From positions 284,616-348,615 of the forward strand of contig NMRA01000388.1 of assembly GCA_002633005.1 (NCBI GenBank): DNA of 64,000 bases. Reading direction: 5' to 3'. The notes under the pieces were generated by a model, which searched no databases, was not told the DNA's origin, and saw only the letters and a list, made by a program, of their open reading frames with translations. Source of the stretch: Phoronis australis (taxonomy: Eukaryota; Animalia; Phoronida). Both the position numbers and the translations under genes were made by a program. Below are positions 35,459 to 47,300 of the stretch, piece after piece; positions within the stretch are counted from its first letter, which is position 1, and the number at the start of each line of letters is the position of its first letter.

Positions 35459-37599
35459 TTAAGCGTTTCCGATGGCGAGGCCCAGTGGAATTTCAACTCC
35501 AGCACGTGACCTATTTATTCTATTGTTAGAGTTTGTGACTCCGATGTTTCACGCGGTAGTCTGATCTCTGGATTTCCGGTTGTCTGTTGGATTGAGTTTT
35601 GATCGAGTGTTGTAGGTATCAAATCGAGCCTAACTTCATTGTTTCGTTTCCATTTTGTAGTTTTTGCTCATCACACGAGACTCTTGGAGTAATTTGTCCG
35701 CAAAATTAGCCAACAAACCCGACAATTACTTTGGTCATTCTTCATACGCACTCATTTGACCTGTTGCCTTGACTGGATACCGGGAACAGTTTGNCCCCCC
35801 CCTAAATCCGCCTATGCTCTGTATTCCACAACTCGAAACAACACGGGGACAAGCGAGTGCAAAAAATCCCATCCATGCGCGATAGTGAAGTTGGCATTCC
35901 AGGTCTACAGTTGTATGATCCAACCAATTCGAATGTCCGAATGTTTCTTCGTTCGGAGAAGTCAGGCTGAGTGAAGTTCTACATTTTTTAAGTAAGTGAA
36001 CTCATTAAGTCGTAAAAACACTGAATAGATGTCAATGTTTTTAAAGCAATTCCCAAATTAACGACGTCTAAGGTTCGACGTTGCGTAACACCGATTGTAA
36101 TTTACGAGATGAGCTATTTGTTTCTGCTTTTTGTCGACTGGTAGCAGTTTCGTTGTGTATTGCGACTGTTTTCATGTTGTTAATTCAAGATGCGTATTGC
36201 CTTTAGCATGCCATTGCTTTGTACGTCCTGTACAGTGCTAATTTGACTAGGAAATCGTTTTTACTACATTAACGAAGAGGGTTTATTTAAGTTAGTCACT
36301 CCGGGTTTTGGCAAGACAACAGTGACAGTTTAACGTTAACGGCAATTGCAAGCGTTTGTCATTTGACCCCTCGCGTTAGTGGCAAAAAACGTGTTTCTCA
36401 CAGAGATTCTTCATTTTCTTTATTTACCCTCCTGGAACCCCCGCTTAGATCCGGCACTGTAGTGTTTTACCCTCACACAGTTACAGTCAGGGAGAACGAA
36501 CCTTATCTATACCAAATAAGGAAGTTGAAGGTTGGCTAGACCTCGTTCGAGTAACTGTAGGTAGACAGATTAGCCAATGGTTTGGTGCAGCAGTGAACCG
36601 CAGACGACGGTGCGCACGTATGTCATCGTTATCAGAGTTAATGGCATTCAATTGTTTTGTTATCTTTGTCGCAGGGGTATTGCGAATGCTTGTTGCTAGC
36701 CACAAGAAATGAGGTCATTCGCTCTTAATGTGCCTACAGAGAATTCCTTCCGAGGTCTGCCTACCCAATGCCACATATTTATAGAAACGCTTCTTGATCC
36801 TCTTCTTGGCAGCACATTTTATCTAATATCATGTAACGACGGTCTTCTCTCTAAAAGCTCTTACACCTAAACAATTTCACCCGATGGAAAGTGTTTGGAT
36901 CAACTGCTGGTGCCGACATTTACTGTCCGCTGCAGTTAACCTTTCCTGTGGATTCCACTTGCTTTTAACGAAAACATCATTATTCAAAACCACTGACGTC
37001 TTCATATTTCGAGTTCTGCAGAGTGAAATTTGAACTTCTGCACCTTAAAATATCTCATGAACGCTTACAGGTCCAACCTGGTGAAACATGGAGGCATGCC
37101 AAGCCGTTTCCCAACGAGCGGCTGACCACATATACATCCCATTCTCTCTGTTGTTGTAACAATTAGAACATACGTATATAGTACAAGACGGCTCATTTTG
37201 TTAACAGCAAAAATGACTGGTAGTAACTTTTATGGCGGTGAAGTACTAGTGACATGGTTTTGCCACCTTACTAATCTTTCTGTTTAGTAGGTTCATTTCG
37301 TTGTTGCATTAGTAACCGAAATTTGTTATGCATGAGACGAACACATGAAACACGTTTCGCAATTCATGCAGCAATTTATTGTCGTGGCTGCTGTAGCCTG
37401 TACACCATTGGCACGACATATTTCCTTATCGCAGCTCGTTTGAGGTCAATTATATTCGTGAACCAAACACGTGCCAAATCCCACGGCACACTTGTGTGAA
37501 TCAAAATAGTAGTTGTCAAAATCCCGTCTCGGGGAACACACGTCCTTTAAAGCGTGAAATTCGTTTTTCAGGCAGACGCATACAACTATATTATCTAAG

Positions 37600-39604
37600 A
37601 TGGCGCAGACGACTTTGGATAAAATAGACGGCATTTGTAGTGCCTGGTTTAGGTTGAATTGTGACAAAAGAATCCTACAAAATATCATGTTTCGTTTCGA
37701 ATCAGAACACCAACACGAGCCAGATAGTCGGCGACTCGCGGTTATGAACATAGTTGGCTACATTTATCACGAACTCAACGTGAAGGGAATTCTGGGCTCC
37801 GCGTCACAGTGCTTCGAGCGAGTATTAAGTGAAGACCCAGACAACCTCAACGCTCTTAAGAGTCTCGTTCACATTCACCGCACGACGTCACCTGAAAAGG
37901 AGTTCAAGTATCAGAGGCATTTGGACCGCTTATGGCAGTGCGATCGGGTTTTGCAAGAGCAACTCATTGCCAGATGCATGTTCGAGCATGCAGTGTATAT
38001 GAGTGTGCGTGAGGAGTCATTTCTACGCGACAATCATCAGCAGATTATCAAAACCTTCGAGAAATGCATCAGGATTGGGAAAGAAAGTAAAGTTACGAAA
38101 TGCGAATTAGAGTTATGGATGTATGAGTTGGGAATTCTTTACGTTCGTTTAGATTCTCTTTCAACTAAAGAACCAAAACTGACACAAGTTACCGAGAGAC
38201 AATGGCTGGTAAAAAGCTTGGAGACGCTTTATGAAGTAGCAACAAGTGGTTCTTGCGAAAGACGAAGAGCTGACTGTAGCCTTCACAATGCATTTTTGGA
38301 TTGTAAAGGCAAGTCATGGAGCTATTTGGGTGTTGCACTAATGCGTCGACTCGAGACCCAAGGTTTTGCTATCAAAGACGTAGCTCAAAGCATTGGAGGC
38401 GAATTCTGCACACTCAATGGAATGCAATGTTTTGAGAAAGCTTTAAGTATTTCGCCAAACCAACCCTCTGTTCTGAGACGGGTTGGACAGGCTTATATGC
38501 GAACAGGTGAGATGGATAAAGCAAAAGAATATCTTTGGAAGTCCGTTAAAATTCAGCCCACTGGTTACGCCTACAGTCTTCTTGGACAATGGTACTTTAA
38601 AAATTACCAAAATGAAAGAAAGTAAAGATGATCTGGATTCGTCGATCAAGTATCTTAATCTTGCAAGAAAGGGCTCCTGTGACATGTATACAATGTTTAA
38701 ATGTCTCATAGAAGCATACAAGGTCAGTGGTAACTTGAAGAAGGCCAAAAAGTATTGCGAAACGTGCGCAGGAACATTCGAAGGATCCCGAGAAGCTGAT
38801 CTCTACAGGTTATGGGCTAAGCTACTTCGTGAAACTAAAAACATAGCGATTGCTGAGCAAAAAGAGCAACGGGCTAAGAAGATAAGTGATGGACAGAATC
38901 CGGAAGAAGTCAAAGATTTTGGAGTTCACTACGCCAAGAGTGATGAGGAACGTGTAGAGAGATTTGTTAAACAAGTAGAAGGAACCATGGAGGTGTCGGG
39001 CTACTTTTTAGGTAGAGATCTTACACCTGGTAATTACTTTCTTGATGGTCTGATAGGGTTAGAGAAAAAATGCAAGTACGTGTTCGTATTTTGCACAGAA
39101 AATTACAATTCGCGTTTTGAAAACGAATTGAATAAAATAATGCATCGGAGATTGGAAAGAGAGCATAGGTCTGTAATACCGCTGGTTTTTGGCAATGCCA
39201 TAGTACCGGAGTGTATAGCGGATGTTAAAAGAATTAATTACGATGAAAGTCAGCAGTGTTTTGATGAACTGGAAGAGGTGTTTCACGGGAAGAAGAGCCT
39301 AAGGAGGCGAATTGTACATATTATGAGGGGCACGAATCAACCCATGACATTTGTCCGTTATGTGACTCTCGCAATGGCCTTTCTTGTTGGTCGCGTAACA
39401 ACTTGGATATCGGAATACGTTACCAGCGGAAAGAAATGGTCAAGACATGTTTTGTTTGGACTAATATCAGTCACTTTTCTGACAGGAATGTTGATTATGG
39501 GGCTGGTGGACAAATTCAGACCTTATGGCATGCGCAGAACTGTCGTACAGTACGTCATACTTGTAATAATTGCCTATTTCGCCGGACTAAATGGACATTA
39601 CTAG
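37600..39604 (+). CDS. TTC22/IFIT-like TPR + TIR + C-terminal transmembrane protein, interrupted by one +1 frameshift near 38610-38625 (~667 aa if joined)
   Basis: ORF 37600-38625: AVMNIVGY..CFERVLSEDPDNLNAL, ARCMFEHA, WMYELGILYVRLD, SWSYLG, CFEKALSISPNQPSVLRRVG, colinear with recalled TTC22 motifs. ORF to 39604: further TPR helices, a TIR (DFGVHY..D...GRDLTPG...VFVFCTENY..FENEL...VIPLVF...VPECI, ~38912-39285), then 2-3 hydrophobic helices. Good start context aagATGG; no introns required. Confidence 0.8.
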
Positions 39605-40032
39605 AATAGTTGTGACTCGTCCAGTTACATTTTGATCGCGAACCGTGAAATGGAGAGAGATTTCATTCTTCAACCTTCTGGAGCTGTGAAAAACATGGCG
39701 GAAAGATAGCAATCGTCAAAGGAAAGTTAAAACATCTCGACCGTGAGAAATCCTATAGACATTGAGCCCGTTCAATGTCTTACAGGCACTCACTGACTTG
39801 TCTTCTGCATGAAAAAATGAAAAGTGATATGATTCTTTTGCTCCAAACCAATTATTTATTATTCTGGTTTGACACTAAGCTGAAGTAAAATCTTGACAAA
39901 AACAATTACGCCGCTATTGTTAATGTTTTTTAATATATATATTGATTGTCCAGACAATAATACAAAGCCAGTCTGAGGTTTGGCCCCTCAGATCTGGCTT
40001 TAACAACAGTGTATAATATTATAATATTGACC

Positions 40033-40058
40033 AATAAATTTACGTATACGGTAATAAA
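40033..40058 (+). terminator. Candidate polyadenylation signals (AATAAA x2) for the TPR-TIR gene
   Basis: AATAAA at ~40033 and ~40053, 430-450 nt after the stop; AT-rich context weakens specificity. Confidence 0.3.
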
Positions 40059-41984
40059 ATGCAATGGAAACGGGGAATGGGGGCCGGGGGAAGGACTTTA
40101 ACGCGCCATTAATACATTCAAGCTGTGCTGATATGATGTCTGATGAAATTATGTGTTATATAAATACATAGGCTTACATATGAAATAAATAATAACAGTA
40201 GAACTTCATTCATTTCTAGAATAATAATTAAAAGAATGCGTGCAGATCTCTCCATTTATCCACATTTGTGTCCGAGGTATCTATTAAAATTGTGTTTATA
40301 AAGGTTTGTAACTTCAACTTCTTTTAATTTCTGAATTTTATTACCATAATTAAGCTGTTAAACTTCTTTGTCATTTTGACCAAAATATATTCCTAGACTT
40401 TTTATAGGTTTCCGTGGCCAAGAGATCTTGTACATTTTCTGAAGACAATGGGCCCCACCTATTGTTAATGTTGATTGCGGCATTGTTTCGTCATTCACCG
40501 TTTACTCAAAAAGGTATTTCAGTTGCATTGTCGTTGTTGCCCATTTTGTCTACTTCAGAAAAGAGAAAACAGGTCCGACCTCGCTAAACTCGGATCTAGG
40601 ATGTCTTAAGGGTGTACTCGGCCTCAATTTTTAAAAGACGAAATCTCGAGATGGCTCCTAAACGACATTGCGGAGCATATTTTTGTTGAGCTCAGAGTGC
40701 TGGGCCTGGGCACCTGAAACCATCCCATATTCTCCTGTAGTCCCAGGGCTTGTCCCATAGGAATAAATTCTTGACAAATCAAGTGGAATTGTCTTCTCAT
40801 GTAGCCACTGCGGTGGGTATTTCATTTCGGCCACGTACTTTAATCTTGGATATGTATTCAGATACGTTCATTGATCGTCATGCTCAATTGGGTGTTACGA
40901 AAATAGTTGTAACCCGTAAGGCTACTAGGCAGGGGCAATTCTTTCCGTTGTATAGACCCTATGTATGAAAATGAACCCTGGCGACAAGTGAACGAGTTTG
41001 TCTTATCACTACATTTATTTTATCACCTCTGTGCGGGGTTCTTTCCTCCTGAACTGCTGCGAACAAGTGTGAATTATAAATGGTTATTCAAAAAAAGTTA
41101 TCTGTTCTTCGGACGGTTTTTTGTATGAGACACACACGTAATAAATTTTCTTAAGGAATGATTATAAGGATCTGTTTTATGAGTAAGCTGTGTGTTCAAT
41201 AATAATAAAGGCTTAGCTTTTCTTTAAAACTATGAATAACATGTGCATTTTGTAATATTCATAAACGCTGTCAGCTATGCGTTTAGTACAATATTTCTTT
41301 TGATATGACTTAGTAACATTTCCGTAGAACCCGATCATGTTCCAAATTATTTCTTTTCTTCCCTTCCTCAGACGTGTAAGGACTATTATTAGGGAATATT
41401 TCGACCAGCAGAAAAATATTATGATAACGCGTCTTCTTTCAAAGTCAGTAGCGAAGATCAAATGTTGGTGTAGAGACGTGAAATTTTAGAGGCACCTGTA
41501 TTAATTCAACATTAGCTAAACAACCACAAAGAAATCTGTAACTTACTTTCGTCGGGATCACTTTTTGATGGTGGTGTACCACCAGAGAATAAACACATAG
41601 CGTCTACACCCCTAAGATTAGAACGGTACCATTTGCAGATGGCTTAATGAAAAGGTCACTTTTCGAAGAGGTTTGTTCTCATAAAATACCCGCTTCCGTT
41701 GCATTTTTAACGCAGTGACACTGTCGAATGTGTTTCATTGAGGATGGCGTTGTTTTCCAGTTTGATGAGACCATGGCGCTGGCTTGTCGGTAAACAATTT
41801 CAAAATGAAAGTTTTATATATTTGGTTGACTTACGCCAGTGAGTCCGCAAGAAGATGTTATACATTTGAACGTTTATGCTATACATTTTATGGAGGCCTA
41901 GACTGCCGTTATTTAAACTCAAATTCTGAATGACTGACTGAAAGGAAAAAAGAACTCACCCGCATTAATTTCAGCCAAGGCCTC

Positions 41985-42047
41985 GTGTGTTGGTGTGTGC
42001 GTGTGTTTGTGTGTGTGTGCGTGTGCGAGCGTGCGTGCGTGCTTGTG
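41985..42047. repeat. Imperfect (GT)n/(GCGT)n microsatellite
   Basis: gtgtgttggtgtgtgcgtgtgtttgtgtgtgtgtgcgtgtgcgagcgtgcgtgcgtgc. Confidence 0.85.
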
Positions 42048-43035
42048 TAAGCCATTAAAACATGATAACGGCACCGTACAAGAAAATTAATTTCCGCTTT
42101 TAAAAGGATTTCAATTATTAGTTTAAGTTCAGGTAGCTTTTCAATAACCCATGTCATTTTTTTATTTTTACATATGTGTCTTTGTTTAAGCGGCTGTAAT
42201 GGATACATATACTTATTTCGTTGACCCCCACGTTTTTTTGAATATTTACACTAGGCAAAAACCGAAATAAAAAATATGAAAATTTCAAAAATCGACTATG
42301 GATTAAAACTGCGTCGAGCCCATTAAACAAAACAAACTTTGCTCTGCTGCGATGTCAACGAGGCGCATAAAAATTACTATGCAATTAAATTAAAATAATG
42401 CTGGTAAATATGATAATACGAAAAGAATTGGGAATAAAGGGGTATTATCGGAGAGTAAAGGCATTTTCTGAATTAAGGTTCAACGCGGAATCGAACCTGT
42501 AACTCCCGTAGTCGCACTCTAACGTTCGATACATGGCAAAGTAGTTTATACGTATTTCAGTGGTAAAGTTACTGGCCTCGATTTCAGCGAATGCCTGGCA
42601 GACAACGACGAGATTGTCAGATTCGTAGCAAAAATACAAAAACAGGGAATTTATTCTTTCAAAGCTCTGATAACATCTATGAGGCTTTCCACGTCCAATA
42701 ACAACCCTCAAAATATGCATATAAATTTTGCAACAGTAAGATTGTTAATCTCCCTTTAACTATTTGCTGAAAATAATCTCTATGTTTTTCACATGCCAAA
42801 TTAATGGTTACGGAAATGCTTTTTCCGGGACCGGCCGACGACAAGTGACTTCATTTTCAGTGATTTGTGCATGCTGGTCCCGTGGAGGCATGGGGTAGCT
42901 CACCTGAAATATGATGAATATTACAACTACGTCTATGAAATATTAACTCTAAAGATAATTCATGGATGCAACACCAGTCCATCGGAAGTTACTATTATTG
43001 CTACAAAAATTAATTTGAAAAGACCACAGAGCATC

Positions 43036-43090
43036 GGTTTTGGAACGAATTTTAAAAATTTTAATTTTTTTTAGAATTCGTTCCAAAACC
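43036..43090. repeat. 55-bp inverted repeat/hairpin with perfect 16-bp outer stem
   Basis: GGTTTTGGAACGAATT...AATTCGTTCCAAAACC with an A/T-rich centre. Confidence 0.9.
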
Positions 43091-44251
43091 TTAAAAGGTG
43101 TACTATAATTCTCATTCACATGGTTTCAGAGAACATGTTCTCTGTCAAGAGCAGGTTAACTGGTCGTGATCCTTTCATAAATTTCCGGTACTGGTTCAAC
43201 GGTTATTATTTTTACAGGTGTGCGATACACGACGAGCAAAGTTGAGGCTGGTCTTTACACTGACTTATTTTGTGATCTTCGGTTATTGATTAAAAACGCA
43301 TCAATTTCAGCCGAGGCCTCTTGTTTTTTTGTTTTTTTTTTGAGAAGCTGCATAGAAGCACGTTGGCAAATGTAGGCAATGTTTGAAACGCCGTGATTAG
43401 CGAAGCGATGGATAAAAAATAACCCGCGTCATAACATTTGCTCGTTTCAGGTAAATTTTCTTTTTTGAAAAAGTAGCCAACTAAATAATATGGAACCATT
43501 GACTCCATTTTCAAAACAGAGACCAAAACCAACGATGCTTTTGTGGCCAAATTGGAGTTTAATTGCCGCGTGTCATCGACAACTTCTAGATCATACCATT
43601 GAACGTATTATCTTTTATGTAATCGGAGCCAAGTTTTGATGAAGGAGTGCTAATATAGTATTAACAGTAAAATTATGCGTATCAATTTTAACGCAGCCTC
43701 TCAGTTGCGCTCCGGCTATCATTCCCGTAGGATGCCGGATTACGTTAACCTCTCGTAGATATACATTGGTGTTTAATCCCTTGTGAACGATGCGAAGTAG
43801 AAGAGCGCCTCGTATATAATTTATTCACACCATACACTAGGCCTGTTAGTGCGCCCAGAGCTAAGCGTAAAACGCCAATGCATTTTTTCAGGACGTTAAG
43901 CTTAGAAATCACAATACAGTTTTGTCAATGAGGCATAGCGGATCATGACACTGAACTACGTGGCTGTAGTCAGGTACATGTAACTCCACCGAGGCGTATA
44001 CAAAAGTGCGCCAAACCAGTGAGTTCATTGGTCTTATTGGTCCTTTATGTTGCATTGGGACATTTCTTTTTGGATGTTCGGCGGCACCTCTTTTTTCTTC
44101 GTTATATAGTACGTGCATTATGTTAATGGTTGGTGGATTTGAGATCAATCAATTTGCGTTCTGTAATTTTCGCTTTAGTTTTCCATACCTCTCGCTCTAT
44201 CAAATGAACCATTCTTCGGCAAGAATCATGTCAACATTCGGCCAAGGTCAG

Positions 44252-44345
44252 ACATGTACAGTGGTCAGCAATGCACATGTACAGTGGTCAGCAATGCACA
44301 TGTACAGTGGTCAGCAATGCACATGTACAGTGGTCAGCAATGCAC
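44252..44345. repeat. 23-bp minisatellite x4 (perfect)
   Basis: acatgtacagtggtcagcaatgc repeated four times without spacers. Confidence 0.95.
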
Positions 44346-47300
44346 TCGTCGTCTACTCAGTGACCTTGAAGAAGGTCAACATTTTCAACTGCATGTGATA
44401 ACTACGTAAATGGATGTCTGAATATCTGTCCACGACTAAAGATTGTCCTCGGATTCATGTTTTAAGGTTTAAAAATGCATTTTGATGACGAAAGCAAAAT
44501 ATATGTTGAGAATCGCAACTTCGGTCAAACACTAAATCGTGGTCTTCCTGTGTGAAAATATTCCCTGTCGTATATGAATACCGTTTACATGTAACTGACC
44601 CTGTTATCCAACTAAGCACCACGAAGGAAAACTTTTCGCCAATTATCGGCTCACTTCTCCAGTTCTTCAAGTTTTAATGGCCTCTATTAATCCATAAAAG
44701 TAAGGCAGAGCATGTCAACATTAAAACTTTGCATATGATAATTCTCTTTTTCATAGCTATTGATTTCAACGCCAATGGTGATTATCTTGTCAACTGAGGG
44801 GATGTTTGCAAAACGTGATTAAAAGGAAATTGCAAAACTTTGTTCGTCTGCTCAATAAGCAATAATAATGCATTTAGTAGAGCGGTACAAAAGCTTGCGT
44901 ATGTAATTGAATATTAGGAATTATTACGACAACAATCGTTGCCACGTTGTATGAACAAAATATTCTATTTACTTAATTAAACTATGTTTACCAAAGTAGA
45001 ATGTTTAATCCTTTAGGCCACCGGCCTGCGTGCAATTTTCATTGGTCAACACGACTACCCAGGTACCCAACCACCGCTATGTTGACACTGCAAAAATGGA
45101 TACAACTGTGAATTTCCCAAGATTTGCTAAGTTCCTACATTTGTGCCTGATACTGAGAACTACGTTACACTCTCGCAGTTTACATTGACGGAATGAGTCC
45201 TCAGTTCTCTTTCTTTCTATCTCACTTCTGTGGGTCATGTAGGTCGGCCGGTAAGAGGTATTGTTTCCTTACTTTCTTTGTTGTGGCGAGATAAATTGTT
45301 GCTGACAGGTAGCAAGTGACATGCTTTGAACCGTGCAGATATTTTGTGGTCGATCGCGACTGACAATTGGTGTTTCATGTATTTGACGTCAGCTGGTTAA
45401 CTCATCCGATGTGGAAAAACCACGCTTGAACGAAGAGTTTCAACATTTTTACGGAACAATGTATTCCGCTCCACCGCTGCATCGTTCTTTCTATGTTCAT
45501 ATAATAGTCAAGTGGGTACGTGTATGAGAATGCTTTACGCATAACCTGGTAAGTGCAGCAATTAATGCCAGGAGTTCAAACACTTTGTTTTCAATAACCC
45601 AGAACAAACAAGTTTGTAAGGCACGGTGGCTCAAAGCCTCAGTCAATGTCCGTGCATTTTCAATCAATGAGACTTTTACATTCGTTTGCTGCAGGTGCTG
45701 GCGGATGAGAGACTAAGCAATGATTAAATGTCCACCCTCTTATACACCACCTGTTGCCAGTTTGTTTAAAGGAGAATGTCACCAAAAACAACGTACTTTG
45801 TAACAACTTAGATAGAGTACCTCCATGATAACAGCAAGTTCAGTTCCTTTACCTGACACCAGACGGTAGACGGAGAGGCTGAAGTTAAGCAATGACGTCA
45901 CAGGTTCTAACACAGTCTGGTCCGCAGTTCGTGAGACACTTACTGGTGTTAGCTTATCGCCTGAATTCATCATTTTACAATAAATCATCAAAGTTCGATG
46001 TTTTAAAAACAAATGGGTCGTTTTATTCTGCTACTACGGATTTATGGAAATTTTGAACGTACCGTACCTTACAGAGTTCGCGGGGATAGGTCAACTTACA
46101 CAGGCCCAGTCGGTGGCAAAAGTTTGGAGTATGTTCGGTGATCAATTAGAATTATTCTTCCGTGAAATACAGACACGGAGGAGAGCATAACCGTGTTCTG
46201 TAATTTGAAATTTGCAAATTTCATCTGTTCAGAACACAAAACGCTCGTTTTAACACAATGGCCCGGAACACGATCAGGCCGGTCGCGGCCGGAAATGGAG
46301 ACATTACGAACATAAACCAGCCGGGTTAGTCGGCTGTGAAAGTTGAATGTGCAGGTGAATACTTTGGTGAATTCGCCGCGAAATTTCAAATCCACTTACC
46401 CGACGGGGGCCGCAAAGCCAAATTTCCCTTCCACAGAACCGTACAGAGAAACAGTGTACAATAACAATGATTTGAATAATGTGTGTTGTGTATATGTATA
46501 TGTTTATTTATAAATAAAGATACCTCTAACATCTGACCATAGCACATAAAATCGAATTATTTTTTCACAGCAGCTTTCGGTCAACAAACACTGAATTAGC
46601 ATGGGCTCATACGGCGGTCACTTAGTTTTTAATGTATCTGAAGCCGATAAACGCGGTATGTTTTATTCATTGTTGATTTCTCAAAACATTTGCACTCATG
46701 AACACGCCTAAGGCATTACAAATTGTATCCACTGAGACAGACTTTTACACTTTTTCTGTTTATATAAACACTGGTTAGGGTGAAAAATTTCATTTTGAAA
46801 CAGAACCGCTTTGTCTGCCACATACACGGAGATATTTCACGGCTCATATTTGATATTACGGAGAACTTTTCGTTCTGCCGGGAACCACTTCCTAAGCATT
46901 TCGGGTTTTCGATGAAATCGAAAAAACTATATACCCGCTGTCCTGGCAGCTCCATGGTTCGCACAAGCGCCACCCCATAGCGTCACACATTCACTGAAGA
47001 ACAACAGACATCGCTGCGTCGTGTACTCACTGTTAACGCGACACTTTTCGGTGAGGTGAGATCGACTGTGTCCGAGGTGATGTGGATATGGACCGATTAA
47101 GACGGTAACAAAAAGTACTTAAATCGAGTGGCATTCTCCCTTAACTGACGCATTTCTCAACAGAAGCATGCGCAATAATGTGAAACAGGCACCTTACGAA
47201 AATTTGAATTTGCTTACTTTTTAAAGTTCGTTATTTTGGGGCTTATTAAAACTATTCTCAAATTACTTGTAACTTAGGTAAACTTCTACCTTTCTTAATT

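Noticed and set aside
38596-38603. TTTAAAAA as a -1 slippery site
   Set aside because: The join requires +1, and the heptamer is not phased correctly in ORF1.
38483-38611. N-terminal extension of the 373-aa ORF from its listed start
   Set aside because: Overlaps the TPR-coding frame of ORF1; it is the alternative frame before the frameshift.
44252-44345. 23-bp repeats as a CRISPR array
   Set aside because: Contiguous tandem copies with no spacers, no cas genes, eukaryotic context.
44455-44670. Possible second TIR-like relic (KFSFVVLS...SVTC)
   Set aside because: Only a few residues resemble TIR and other boxes are absent.
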